Positions 24,801 through 37,331 of a stretch of 64,000 nt of DNA are shown in pieces; position 1 is the stretch's first letter, and each line of letters starts with the position of its first letter. The notes beneath the pieces were generated by a model. It saw nothing but the letters and a program-made list of their open reading frames with translations, had not been told where the DNA came from and searched no databases. Source of the stretch: Macrostomum hystrix (lineage: Eukaryota; Animalia; Platyhelminthes); assembly GCA_950097015.1 (NCBI GenBank), contig CATNEN010000039.1:18166001-18230000 (forward strand), read 5' to 3'. The translations under genes were made by a program, and so were the position numbers.

Positions 24801-27800
24801 CTTGATAGACAAGGGAGAAGTAGGTTGATAGATAGGGGAGAAGTAGGTTGATAAACAGGGGAGAAGTAGGTTGATAAGACAGGGGAGAAGTAGGTTGATA
24901 GACAGGGGAGAAGTAGGTTGATAGACAGGGGAGAAGTAGCTTGATAGACAGGGAAGAAGTTGCTTGATAAACAGGGGAGATGTAGGTTGATAGACAGGGG
25001 AGAAGTAGGTTGATAGACAGGCGAGATGTAGGTTGATAGACAGGGGAGAAGTAGCTTGATAAACAGGGGAGAAGTAGGTTGATAAACAGGGGAGAAGTAG
25101 GTTGATAGACAGGGGAGAAGTAGGTTGATAGACAGGGGAGAAGTAGGTTGATAGACAGGGAAGAAGTAGCTTGATAGACAGGGGAGAAGTAGGTTGATAG
25201 ACAGCGGAGAAGTAGGTTGATAGATAGGGGAGAAGTAGGTTGATAGACAGGGGAGAAGTAGGTTGATAGACAGGGGAGAAGTAGGTTGATAGACAGGGGA
25301 GAAGTAGGTTGATAGACAGGGGAGAAGTAGGTTGATAAACAGGGGAGAAGTAGGTTGATAGACAGGGGAGAAGTAGGTTGATAGACAGGGGAGAAGTAGG
25401 TTGATAGAGAGGGGAGAAGTAGGTTGATAGACAGGGGAGAAGTAGGTTGATAGACAGGGGAGAAGTAGCTTGATAGACAGGGAAGAAGTTGCTTGATAAA
25501 CAGGGGAGATGTAGGTTGATAGACAGGGGAGAAGTAGGTTGATAGACAGGCGAGATGTAGGTTGATAGACAGGGGAGAAGTAGCTTGATAAACAGGGGAG
25601 AAGTAGGTTGATAAACAGGGGAGAAGTAGGTTGATAGACAGGGGAGAAGTAGGTTGATAGACAGGGGAGAAGTAGGTTGATAGACAGGGAAGAAGTAGCT
25701 TGATAGACAGGGGAGAAGTAGGTTGATAGACAGCGGAGAAGTAGGTTGATAGATAGGGGAGAAGTAGGTTGATAGACAGGGGAGAAGTAGGTTGATAGAC
25801 AGGGGAGAAGTAGGTTGATAGACAGGGGAGAAGTAGGTTGATAGACAGGGGAGAAGTAGGTTGATAAACAGGGGAGAAGTAGGTTGATAGACAGGGGAGA
25901 AGTAGGTTGATAGACAGGGGAGAAGTAGGTTGATAGAGAGGGGAGAAGTAGGTTGATAGACAGGGGAGAAGTAGGTTGATAGACAGGGGAGAAGTAGGTT
26001 GATAGATAGGGGAGAAGTAGGTTGATAGACAGTGAAGAAGTAGGTTGATAGACAGGGGAGAAGTAGGTTGATAGACAGGGGAGAAGTTGGTTGATAGACA
26101 GGGGAGAAGTAGGTTGATAAACAGGGGAGATGTAGCTTGATAGACAGGGGAGAAGTAGGTTGATAGACAGGGGAGAAGTAGCTTGATAGACAAGGGAGAA
26201 GTAGGTTGATAGACAGGGGAGAAGTAGGTTGATAGACAGGGGAGATGTAGGTTGATAGACAGGGGAGAAGTAGCTTGATAGACAGGGAAGAAGTAGGTTG
26301 ATAGACAGGGGAGAAGTAGGTTGATAGACAGGGGAGAAGTTGGTTGATAGACAGGGGAGAAGTAGGTTGATAAACAGGGGAGAAGTAGCTTGATAGACAG
26401 GGGAGAAGTAGGTTGATAGACAGGGGAGAAGTAGCTTGATAGACAAGGGAGAAGTAGGTTGATAGATAGGGGAGAAGTAGGTTGATAAACAGGGGAGAAG
26501 TAGGTTGATAAGACAGGGGAGAAGTAGGTTGATAGACAGGGGAGAAGTAGGTTGATAGACAGGGGAGAAGTAGCTTGATAGACAGGGAAGAAGTAGCTTG
26601 ATAAACAGGGGAGATGTAGGTTGATAGACAGGGGAGAAGTAGGTTGATAGACAGGGGAGAAGTAGCTTGATAAACAGGGGAGATGTAGGTTGATAGACAG
26701 GGGAGAAGTAGGTTGATAAACAGGGGAGATGTAGGTTGATAGACAGGGGAGAAGTAGGTTGATAGACAGGGGAGAAGTAGCTTGATAAACAGGGGAGATG
26801 TAGGTTGATAGACAGGGGAGAAGTAGCTTGATAAACAGGGGAGATGTAGGTTGATAGACAGGGGAGAAGTAGCTTGATAAACAGGGGAGATGTAGGTTGA
26901 TAGACAGGGGAGAAGTAGGTTGATAAACAGGGGAGATGTAGGTTGATAGACAGGGGAGAAGTAGGTTGATAGATAGGGGAGAAGTAGGTTGATAGACAGT
27001 GAAGAAGTAGGTTGATAAACAGGCGAGATGTAGGTTGATAGACAGGGGAGAAGTAGCTTGATAAACAGGGGAGAAGTAGGTTGATAAACAGGGGAGAAGT
27101 AGGTTGATAAACAGGGGAGATGTAGGTTGATAGACAGGGGAGAAGTAGGTTGATAGACAGGGGAGAAGTAGCTTGATAAACAGGGGAGATGTAGGTTGAT
27201 AGACAGGGGAGAAGTAGGTTGATAAACAGGGGAGATGTAGGTTGATAGACAGGGGAGAAGTAGGTTGATAGACAGGGGAGAAGTAGGTTGATAGACAGGG
27301 GAGAAGTAGGTTGATAGATAGGGGAGAAGTAGGTTGATAGACAGTGAAGAAGTAGGTTGATAGACAGGGGAGAAGTAGGTTGATAGACAGGGGAGAAGTT
27401 GGTTGATAGACAGGGGAGAAGTAGGTTGATAAACAGGGGAGATGTAGCTTGATAGACAGGGGAGAAGTAGGTTGATAGACAGGGGAGAAGTAGCTTGATA
27501 GACAAGGGAGAAGTAGGTTGATAGACAGGGGAGAAGTAGGTTGATAGACAGGGGAGATGTAGGTTGATAGACAGGGGAGAAGTAGCTTGATAGACAGGGA
27601 AGAAGTAGGTTGATAGACAGGGGAGAAGTAGGTTGATAGACAGGGGAGAAGTTGGTTGATAGACAGGGGAGAAGTAGGTTGATAAACAGGGGAGAAGTAG
27701 CTTGATAGACAGGGGAGAAGTAGGTTGATAGACAGTTGATAGACAGGGGAGAAGTAGGTTGATAGACAGGGGAGAAGTAGCTTGATAGACAGGGGAGAAG

Positions 27801-30800
27801 TAGCTTGATAGACAGGGGAGAAGTAGGTTGATAGACAGTTGATAGACAGGGGAGAAGTAGCTTGATAGACAGGGGAGAAGTAGGTTGATAGACAGGGGAG
27901 ATGTAGGTTGATAGACAGGGGAGAAGTAGCTTGATAGACAGGGAAGAAGTAGGTTGATAGACAGGGGAGAAGTAGGTTGATAGACAGGGGAGAAGTTGGT
28001 TGATAGACAGGGGAGAAGTAGGTTGATAAACAGGGGAGAAGTAGCTTGATAGACAGGGGAGAAGTAGGTTGATAGACAGGGGAGAAGTAGCTTGATAGAC
28101 AAGGGAGAAGTAGGTTGATAGATAGGGGAGAAGTAGGTTGATAAACAGGGGAGAAGTAGGTTGATAAGACAGGGGAGAAGTAGGTTGATAGACAGGGGAG
28201 AAGTAGGTTGATAGACAGGGGAGAAGTAGCTTGATAGACAGGGAAGAAGTTGCTTGATAAACAGGGGAGATGTAGGTTGATAGACAGGGGAGAAGTAGGT
28301 TGATAGACAGGCGAGATGTAGGTTGATAGACAGGGGAGAAGTAGCTTGATAAACAGGGGAGAAGTAGGTTGATAAACAGGGGAGAAGTAGGTTGATAGAC
28401 AGGGGAGAAGTAGGTTGATAGACAGGGGAGAAGTAGGTTGATAGACAGGGAAGAAGTAGCTTGATAGACAGGGGAGAAGTAGGTTGATAGACAGCGGAGA
28501 AGTAGGTTGATAGATAGGGGAGAAGTAGGTTGATAGACAGGGGAGAAGTAGGTTGATAGACAGGGGAGAAGTAGGTTGATAGACAGGGGAGAAGTAGGTT
28601 GATAGACAGGGGAGAAGTAGGTTGATAAACAGGGGAGAAGTAGGTTGATAGACAGGGGAGAAGTAGGTTGATAGACAGGGGAGAAGTAGGTTGATAGAGA
28701 GGGGAGAAGTAGGTTGATAGACAGGGGAGAAGTAGGTTGATAGACAGGGGAGAAGTAGGTTGATAGATAGGGGAGAAGTAGGTTGATAGACAGTGAAGAA
28801 GTAGGTTGATAGACAGGGGAGAAGTAGGTTGATAGACAGGGGAGAAGTTGGTTGATAGACAGGGGAGAAGTAGGTTGATAAACAGGGGAGATGTAGCTTG
28901 ATAGACAGGGGAGAAGTAGGTTGATAGACAGGGGAGAAGTAGCTTGATAGACAAGGGAGAAGTAGGTTGATAGACAGGGGAGAAGTAGGTTGATAGACAG
29001 GGGAGATGTAGGTTGATAGACAGGGGAGAAGTAGCTTGATAGACAGGGAAGAAGTAGGTTGATAGACAGGGGAGAAGTAGGTTGATAGACAGGGGAGAAG
29101 TTGGTTGATAGACAGGGGAGAAGTAGGTTGATAAACAGGGGAGAAGTAGCTTGATAGACAGGGGAGAAGTAGGTTGATAGACAGGGGAGAAGTAGCTTGA
29201 TAGACAAGGGAGAAGTAGGTTGATAGATAGGGGAGAAGTAGGTTGATAAACAGGGGAGAAGTAGGTTGATAAGACAGGGGAGAAGTAGGTTGATAGACAG
29301 GGGAGAAGTAGGTTGATAGACAGGGGAGAAGTAGCTTGATAGACAGGGAAGAAGTAGCTTGATAAACAGGGGAGATGTAGGTTGATAGACAGGGGAGAAG
29401 TAGGTTGATAGACAGGGGAGAAGTAGCTTGATAAACAGGGGAGATGTAGGTTGATAGACAGGGGAGAAGTAGGTTGATAAACAGGGGAGATGTAGGTTGA
29501 TAGACAGGGGAGAAGTAGGTTGATAGACAGGGGAGAAGTAGCTTGATAAACAGGGGAGATGTAGGTTGATAGACAGGGGAGAAGTAGGTTGATAAACAGG
29601 CGAGATGTAGGTTGATAGACAGGGGAGAAGTAGCTTGATAAACAGGGGAGAAGTAGGTTGATAGACAGGGGAGAAGTAGGTTGATAAACAGGGGAGATGT
29701 AGGTTGATAGACAGGGGAGAAGTAGGTTGATAGACAGGGGAGAAGTAGGTTGATAGACAGGGGAGAAGTAGGTTGATAGATAGGGGAGAAGTAGGTTGAT
29801 AGACAGTGAAGAAGTAGGTTGATAAACAGGCGAGATGTAGGTTGATAGACAGGGGAGAAGTAGCTTGATAAACAGGGGAGAAGTAGGTTGATAAACAGGG
29901 GAGAAGTAGGTTGATAAACAGGGGAGATGTAGGTTGATAGACAGGGGAGAAGTAGGTTGATAGACAGGGGAGAAGTAGCTTGATAAACAGGGGAGATGTA
30001 GGTTGATAGACAGGGGAGAAGTAGGTTGATAAACAGGGGAGATGTAGGTTGATAGACAGGGGAGAAGTAGGTTGATAGACAGGGGAGAAGTAGGTTGATA
30101 GACAGGGGAGATGTAGGTTGATAGACAGGGGAGAAGTAGGTTGATAGACAGGGGAGAAGTTGGTTGATAGACAGGGGAGAAGTAGGTTGATAGACAGGGG
30201 AGAAGTAGCTTGATAAACAGGGGAGAAGTAGCTTGATAGACAGGGGAGAAGTAGGTTGATAGACAGTTGATAGACAGGGGAGAAGTAGCTTGATAGACAG
30301 GGGAGAAGTAGCTTGATAGACAGGGGAGAAGTAGGTTGATAGACAGTTGATAGACAGGGGAGAAGTAGCTTGATAGACAGGGGAGAAGTAGGTTGATAGA
30401 CAGGGGAGAAGTAGGTTGATAGACAGGGGAGAAGTAGCTTGATAGACAAGGGATAAATTGCTAGATGGATACTGAGAAGTATCATTTATTTTCCAATGGG
30501 ACAGTCTTAAGGCAATTTAGACGAATTCAGAGAAACCTTAATTCAAAACAATTGAGAGTCAATTACAAAGCTAAAAGGCAAGACTAATGATCAATAGAAA
30601 GATGTGGAATTGTACAAAAACCTAAATAAAAATTATATATACATAACTTCAGCCCATCGGTTTTCAAAGAAAAAAAAATTAAAATTCTTGATTTCTTCAG
30701 CCTAGATGAAGCCTCGAATAGGATGGCAACGAATGGGAGGTCCCAAAGCAAATGACTGGCTGCTTTTCGTCTGTTGATTGAGCAATGTTAATTTTTCAAT

Positions 30801-33800
30801 CAGGTTTTTTGAAAAAAGAAGATTTCCGATTGAAGATAACACAGACTGAAGCATTAGCTGATAAGAATTTTGTCGCTAGACAAGTTGCCTATCTCTACAA
30901 GTCACTGCTTGAAAATAATTGATAAAGAATCCTTTATACGAATATCTTTTTAGTTAAAAATATTTTGCCTTTTCTCAGTTCAAATTTTCTTGCTAAAAGA
31001 GATTTTTTACTAGCCCGAATCGGCCATCAGATTTTCATATTTAACTGTCCCGTTTGGGTGTTCCATGTTTTTTCACTCTAATCTTGATTTGCCCCACTCT
31101 GATCCCATTTATCATCTCTGATCCCATTTCTCATCTCTGATCCCCATTTCTCATCTCTGATCCCATTTCTCATCTCTGATCCCATTTCTCATCTCTGATC
31201 CCCATTTCTCATCTCTGATCCCATTTATCATCTCGGATCCCATTTCTCATCTCTGATCCCATTTATCATCTCTGATCCCATTTATCATCTCTGATCCCCA
31301 TTTCTCATCTCTGATCCCATTTCTCATCTCTGATCCCATTTCTCATCTCTGATCCCCATTTCTCATCTTTGATCCCATTTATCATCTCTGATCCCCATTT
31401 CTCATCTCTGATCCCCATTTCTCATATTTGATCCCCATTTCTCATCGCTGATCCCATTTCTCATCTCTGATCCCATTTCTCATCTTTGATCCCATTTATC
31501 ATCACTGATCCCCATTTCTCATCTTTGATCCCATTTCTCATCACTGATCCCTATTTCTCATCTCTGATCCCCCTTTCTCATCACTGATCCCTATTTCTCA
31601 TCTCTGATCCCATTTCTCATCTCTGATCCCATTTCTCATCTCTGATCCCATTTCTCATCTCTGATCCCATTTCTCATCTCTGATCCCATTTCTCATCTTT
31701 GATCCCATTTATCATCTCTGATCCCCATTTCTCATCTCTGATCCCCATTTCTCATATTTGATCCCCATTTCTCATATTTGATCCCCATTTCTCATCTCTG
31801 ATCCCATTTCTCATCTTTGATCCCATTTATCATCACTGATCCCCATTTCTCATCTTTGATCCAATTTCTCATCACTGATCCCTATTTCTCATCTCTGATC
31901 CCCATTTCTCATATTTGATCCCCATTTCTCATCGCTGATCCCATTTCTCATCTCTGATTCCATTTCTCATCTTTGATCCCATTTATCATCACTGATCCCC
32001 ATTTCTCATCTTTGATCCAATTTCTCATCACTGATCCCTATTTCTCATCTCTGATCCCCATTTCTCATCACTGATCCCTATTTCTCATCTCTGATCCCAT
32101 TTCTCATCTCTGATCCCCATTTCTCATCTCTGATCCCCATTTCTCATATCTGATCCCCATTTCTCATCACTGATCCCTATTTCTCATATCTGGTCCCTCT
32201 TTCTCATCTCTGATCCCATTTCTCATCTCTGATCCCCATTTCCCATATCTGGTCCCTCTTTCTCATCTCTGAATCGCAATTTAAATTTCTGATCCCAATT
32301 TATCACGGCCTGGACGAAGACTCACCGTCAACAAAGACCCATTTCTGTATTGAGCCGTGGTTGTTCTCAGCTCGGCAGGTGTAGTTGCCGGAGTCGCGCT
32401 CAACGATGCGCGATATTCTGAGCGTGGACACCAGCTGCTGCCTGTTGATGTGGTTGTCAAAATCGGTGACTGTCTATATTCGGCAATTTAGATCAGTGCT
32501 TATTGAATTAGCTGACTTAAAAAGCCAGGACTACAAGGGAAACACACGAAAATGGAGGCACTCAGACACTCTGACGGAAAAGAATTTCGGAAGAAAAGCA
32601 CTCTGGAAGAAAGTCACTAGGAAAGAAAAGCACTCGAAAAGTACAGCACACATAAAAAAGAAAGGTAGTCGAAAAAAGCACTCCGGAACAAAAGCACTCC
32701 GGAACAAAAGCTCTCGGAAAGTAAAGCACTCCAGAAGAAAAGCACTCCAGAAGAAAAGCACTCGGAAAGAAAAGCACTACGGAACAAAAGCATTCAGAAA
32801 GAAAAGCACTCCGGAACAAAAGCACTCAGAAAGAAAAGCACTCCGGAACAAAAGCACTCAGAAAGAAAAGCACTCCGGAACAAAAGCACTCAGAAAGAAA
32901 TGCACTCCGGAACAAAAGCAATGGGAAAGATTAGCACTCCGAAACAAAAGCTCTCGGAAAAAAGCACTCCGGAATAAAAGCACTCTGGAAGAAAAGCACT
33001 CCGGAATAAAAGCACTCCGAAACAAAAGCACTCCGGAACAAAAGCTCTCGGAAAGAAAAGCACTCCGGAAGAAAAGCACTCCGGAAGAAAAACACTCCTG
33101 AATAAAAGCACACTTGCAAAGAAAAGCACTCGGAAAGACATCATTAGCGGTAAGCAATCGAATAAATTTGTTTAATTGCAAAACTAACGAATGTATAGAA
33201 TCGGACTCGCGTTATGACTCGGGAAGACTTTGATTGAGACTTACAGGCTTCGGGATAGTTATAGCATAGTCAACACTGTCATTTTGTGCTAATCACATCG
33301 CTGATGAAAATCTAACAGATTTCTTAGAAAGCAGCACAATCTTCGACAGCCCGATCCCCAATTATCATTTTGGATAATGTGGATTTCCATAATGTTAGCC
33401 ACCACTAAACAAGACTTGTAGATGGATCTCTCGCCAATCAAACCTGTCTGATCACTCGGTAGCATGTAGACTCAACGATGCGTGCTCAGATGAGCTGACC
33501 CGCCGGGCTCGCTGCATTATTAACTGCTTTTTTTGCTCTGCCCACTCAGTCGAGACAGCCGAGAAACCTGTTGCTAGCCGCGTCAAATTAGTTTTCTTTT
33601 CTCACCTCACTACAACTGCACAAGTTTGCCTACTAGTTTTATTTCCCTTTTTTCTCTCCATTTCTCGTCTCTCCCCTGTCTCATCTCTCCGTGTATCGTC
33701 TCTCTCTTCTCTCTCATCTCTCCCCTGTCTCATCTCTCCCGTGTCTCATCTCTCCATGTCTCGTCTCTCTCTTCTCTCTCATCTCTCCCCTGTCTCATCT

Positions 33801-36360
33801 CTCCCCTGTCTCATCTCTCCCGTGTCTCATCTCTCCCCTGTCTCATCTCTCCGTGTATCGTCTCTCTCTTCTCTCTCATCTCTCCCCTGTCTCATCTCTC
33901 CGTGTATCGTCTCTCTCTTCTCTCTCATCTCTCCCGTGTCTCATCTCTCCATGTCTCGTCTCTCTCTTCTCTCTCATCTCTCCCCTGTCTCATCTCTCCC
34001 GTGTCTCATCTCTCCCCTGTCTCATCTCTCCCGTGAATCATCTCTCCCCAGTCACATCTCTCCACAGTCTCATCTCTCCCGTGTCTCATCTCTCCCGTGT
34101 CTCATCTCTCCAGAGTCCCATCTCTCCCGTGCCGTGTCTCGTCTCTACCCTGTCTCATCTCTCCCCTGTCTCATCTCTCCATGTCTCGTCTCTCCATGTC
34201 TCGTCTCTCTCTTCTCTCTCATCTCTCCCCTGTCTCATCTCTCCCCTGTCTCATCTCTCCATGTCTCGTCTCTCTTTTCTCTCTCATCTCTCCCCTGTCT
34301 CATCTCTCCCCTGTCTCATCTCTCCCGTGTCTCATCTCTCCCCTGTCTCATCTCTCCGTGTATCGTCTCTCTCTTCTCTCTCATCTCTCCCCTGTCTCAT
34401 CTCTCCGTGTATCGTCTCTCTCTTCTCTCTCATCTCTCCCGTGTCTCATCTCTCCATGTCTCGTCTCTCTCTTCTCTCTCATCTCTCCCCTGTCTCATCT
34501 CTCCCGTGTCTCATCTCTCCATGTCTCGTCTCTCTCTTCTCTCTCATCTCTCCCCTGTCTCATCTCTCCCGTGAATCATCTCTCCCCAGTCACATCTCTC
34601 CACAGTCTCATCTCTCCCGTGTCTCATCTCTCCCGTGTCTCATCTCTCCAGAGTCCCATCTCTCCCGTGCCGTGTCTCGTCTCTACCCTGTCTCATCTCT
34701 CCCATGTCTCATCTCTCTCTTGTCTCATCTCTCTCGTGTCTCATCTCTCCCGAGTCTCATCTCTCTGCTGTCTCATCTCTTTCTTGTCTCGTCTCTCCCG
34801 TCTTATCTCCTTCCCGTCTTATCTCTACCCTCTCTCAACAGTGATTCGAGATTCAGTAATGTCTCGGCTCGTTCACATCAATCTATTCCTTTTGAATCGA
34901 ACCTTTCTATCTAATCTCCCCTCTGTGGTTTCCCCACACCTTTCTGAGACTTTTGCGTCAGTAAGCAGCCAGCCAAGACTATAGACAATGCACCGAGCAG
35001 TCTTGTGACATCTACTTTTCTCTCAGCTCCACTTTCTAGGCTCTCGTAATTGCAAGGCAGAATGCTGAGGTGAGTGACAAAACACCTTTTCAGTGGGCGG
35101 CAAGTATAGCAAATCGATATGCCGCCCAGGTTTAGTTAGCAGTTGTGAGTTATGTGCTCAGAATGAATATGCTACGATAGCTACAATGGGTAAGAAAGAC
35201 TGCAAATTGGATTCTATTCACTAAATAGAGACAATTACTATTAGTTTGACTAAGGAAAATAGAATAGAAAAAATGCTTGTTGGTCCTTAGAAACAGCTTA
35301 GAGTAGACAATTAGTTCTTGTTTGTATTTCAGTCATTTTTCTCTCTGTCAATTCTTTTGGAATTTCTGGGCACTAATTTCTGACCTGGAAAGATAAGAAG
35401 CTGAGATTGAGATCACTTGATTCCACAATACGAAGCAGGGTACACAAAGAAATGACTGATTGAGGGAAAAATACTTGAGCTGTGAAAAACAAAGGAGGAG
35501 GCAAGGCATTGTCTAGTCGGTTTTAAAACTGAATATGAGATGAGAGACAATGAGATGAGGTCAGATAATAGAATATGAGATGCAATTAAAAGAAAGGAGA
35601 TAGGAAAAGAAAAAATGAGATTAGATAAGATAAGAGACGATGAGATGATAGAATATGAGATGAGATGAGACGAGATGAGATGAGATGAGATGAGATGAGA
35701 TGAGATGAGCTGAGACGAGATGAGACGAGATGAGATGAGATGAGATGAAATGAGATGAGATGAGATAAGATGAGATGAGATGAGATGAGATGAGATGAGA
35801 TGAGATGAGATGAGATGAGATGAGATGAGATGAGAAGAGATGAGATGAGATGAAATGAGATGAAATGAGATGAGACCAGATAAGCTGAGACGAGATGAGA
35901 CGATATGAGAAGAGATGAGATTAGATGAATTGAGAGACGGTGAGTTGAGTGGAGACGAGAGATGATGATGTATGGGATGGGGCTGTAGAGAATGAGTTGT
36001 AGAGTACTCATTATCCCTCACGAGTTCATTCAAAAGTGATTAGTGCATACGGCATGCAAAATCAGATTTAATCTTAATTGCCTCCTACACTCGGACAAAT
36101 ATGGAAATCATCAAGGTAATTATCAATTTTAATAAAATATAATTAATAAATTAGAAAATCGACTCACTTCATCTCATCCTCGCTAGTAACCTCCTCTCGG
36201 TCGATCTTCACGTTGCTACTTAGGACAAGATTTCGACCATTTTTAATCCACAGAATCTTTGGATTTGGCTTGCCGCGCGCCCTGCACTTCACAATGAGAG
36301 TCTTGCCGCTGCTGATGCTGATTTGGTTGCCATGCGGAATCACCACCTCCGGCTCCGAGG
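15296..36360 (-). CDS. nrg: Neuregulin/vein-like EGFR ligand (Ig I-set + EGF + TM + cytoplasmic tail), spliced core of about 512 aa
   Basis: Nine exons joined with consistent phases: 36360-36168, 32441-32326, 22130-22062, 21975-21897, 18774-18683, 18079-17980, 17636-17576, 16622-16314, 15814-15296. Ig (VKCRARGKPNPKILWIKNG...LRISRIVERDSGNYTCRAEN), EGF (CPAFYCLNNGTC...CNCSQPYAGVRCE), TM starting RILTVTGI, like the neuregulin RVLTITGI motif. Confidence 0.9.
15845..16192 (-). mobile_element. tRNA-derived SINE-like element, family A, near full length
   Basis: Minus-strand head GGGGTGAGTGGCAGAGCGGTTAA (A-box like) and AT-rich simple tail. About 220 bp of the body is shared with 36390-36625. Confidence 0.7.
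16314..16622 (-). CDS. nrg: Neuregulin-like exon: cytoplasmic tail with polyQ
   Basis: ttccacag|TGT...GCA|gtacgt; 309 nt, phase 0 to 0. Confidence 0.78.
16872..17478. repeat. 19-bp intronic minisatellite
   Basis: Unit GGGATTTCTAATCCTACAT. Confidence 0.96.
17576..17636 (-). CDS. nrg: Neuregulin-like exon: basic juxtamembrane region
   Basis: ttttgcag|...CAG|gtgaga; RQRRRDFDFWRRSRRENERSQ. Confidence 0.85.
17980..18079 (-). CDS. nrg: Neuregulin-like exon: transmembrane segment
   Basis: aagcag|...AG|gcaaga (GC donor); DCFHRTDRILTVTGIGLVLTMLLLILLISWYLS. Confidence 0.88.
18240..18558. repeat. 21-bp minisatellite, about 15 perfect copies
   Basis: Unit CATTCCTCTCCCTTCATCCAA. Confidence 0.97.
18683..18774 (-). 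CDS. nrg: Neuregulin-like exon: EGF domain C5-C6 and stalk
   Basis: ttttcag|...G|gtgaga; (N)CSQPYAGVRCERIDSAQFRNYSETCRGKVL. The intron between C4 and C5 is typical of ErbB ligands. Confidence 0.92.
19960..20195. repeat. 14-bp minisatellite
   Basis: Unit CTCTTCTGTCTCCC. Confidence 0.95.
20482..20746. repeat. 24-bp minisatellite
   Basis: Unit CCCCAGTTCTGTCTTCCACTCTAC. Confidence 0.95.
21465..21642. repeat. 18-bp minisatellite
   Basis: Unit CTGTCACTCCTCTACTGT. Confidence 0.9.
21897..21975 (-). CDS. nrg: Neuregulin-like exon: EGF domain C1-C4
   Basis: actcag|...AA|gtgagc; KPSCPAFYCLNNGTCSRRSMNSSPVC; phase 1 to 2. Confidence 0.92.
22062..22130 (-). CDS. nrg: Neuregulin-like exon: Pro-rich Ig-EGF linker
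   Basis: tttcag|...A|gtgagt; VQSPAPPPPSVLALVTPQPAELR; symmetric phase 1. Confidence 0.8.
22142..30452. repeat. 23-bp satellite array, about 360 copies (8.3 kb), intronic
   Basis: Unit AGGGGAGAAGTAGGTTGATAGAC with recurrent variant blocks. Confidence 0.99.
31098..32300. repeat. 19/20-bp minisatellite
   Basis: Unit CTGATCCC(C)ATTTCTCATCT. Confidence 0.97.
32326..32441 (-). CDS. nrg: Neuregulin-like exon: Ig domain, second half
   Basis: caacag|...G|gtgagt; QQLVSTLRISRIVERDSGNYTCRAENNHGSIQKWVFVD with the DxGxYxC motif; phase 2 to 1. Confidence 0.92.
32590..33137. repeat. Degenerate A-rich minisatellite (about 16-18 bp)
   Basis: AAAAGCACTCCGGAAC / AAAAGCACTCAGAAAG units. Confidence 0.9.
33650..34835. 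repeat. Complex 16-bp pyrimidine-rich minisatellite with an internal duplication offset by about 540 bp
   Basis: TCTCATCTCTCCC(C/G)TG units; the GTGAATCATC...CAGAGTCCC block occurs at about 34033 and 34571. Confidence 0.93.
35530..35970. repeat. (GAGAT)n microsatellite
   Basis: Pentanucleotide array with degenerate flanks. Confidence 0.95.
36168..36360 (-). CDS. nrg: Neuregulin-like exon: Ig domain, first half
   Basis: ctcgcag|...AA|gtgagt; ASEPEVVIPHGNQISISSGKTLIVKCRARGKPNPKILWIKNG; phase 1 to 2. Confidence 0.9.
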
Positions 36361-36389
36361 CTGCGAGATGCGAAATGGTTTGGGCTCGG

Positions 36390-36625
36390 ATAATTAGTAA
36401 TAAAATAAGAATCGTAATTTCAGGAGGGCTGCGGGCAATGGCACATCATTTGGTGACACTAGACCCGCAGCCAGCGAGGAGGCAATTATGCCCATTTCGC
36501 TGACTCCTGAGCACACACGCACACAGATACCGTACGCAGGCATACGCTCATCGTCAGGCACTGTACACTTCTCTGTGCCTTGGAGATTGGCCCTCAAGGG
36601 CGTAAATTGCAAGACAAGTCCCCAC
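36390..36625 (-). mobile_element. SINE-like family A, 5'-truncated copy
   Basis: Shares GGCACATCATTTGGT..AGACCCGCAGCCAGCGAGGAGGC..TGACTCCTGAGCACACACGCAC with the 15.9-kb copy. Confidence 0.75.
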
Positions 36626-36635
36626 TCAAACTCAA

Positions 36636-37282
36636 TTCTATGACCACTTCAATCATTCTATGACCACTTCAATCATTCTATGACCACTTCAATCAGTCTA
36701 TGACCACTTCAATCATTCTATGACCAGTTCAATCAGTCTATGACCACTTCAATCATTCTATGACCAGTTCAATCAGTCTATGACCAGTTCCCAGAGTGTA
36801 TAAACAGTTTAAATTAGTATATGACCGGTTCCTAAGAGTCTATGAGCAGTTCAAATTAGTCTATGACAAGTTTAATCAGTCTATGACCAGTTCAATTAGT
36901 CTATGACCAGTTCCCAGAGTGTATGAGCAGTTTAAATTAGTATATGACCGGTTCCTAAGAGTGTATGAGCAGTTCAAATTAGTCTATGAGCAGTTCAAAT
37001 TAGTCTATGACAAGTTTAATCAGTCTATGACCAGTTCAAATTAGTCTATGACAAGTTTAATCAGTCTATGACTAGTTCCCAGAGTGCATGAGCAGTTTAA
37101 ATTAGTATATGACCGGTTCCAAAGAGTCTATGAGCAGTTCAAATTAGTCTATGAGCAGTTCAAATTAGTCTATGACCAATTTAAATTCGTTTATGAGCAG
37201 TTTTCCCAGAGTCTATGACCAGTTTCCCAAGAGTCTATGACCAGTTTTCCAAGAGTCTATGACCAGTTTCTCAGAGTCTATT
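36636..37282. repeat. 20/21-bp minisatellite
   Basis: Core TCTATGACCAGTTC. Confidence 0.92.
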
Positions 37283-37331
37283 GGCAGTCCAGCAACATGT
37301 TTCTCAGAAAACAGCCGGGCTTCTAACAAAC

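Noticed and set aside
22054-30485. Giant ORFs of 1379, 2298 and 2762 aa
   Set aside because: All three minus frames are open because the 23-bp unit lacks stop codons on that strand; the array lies inside a defined intron.
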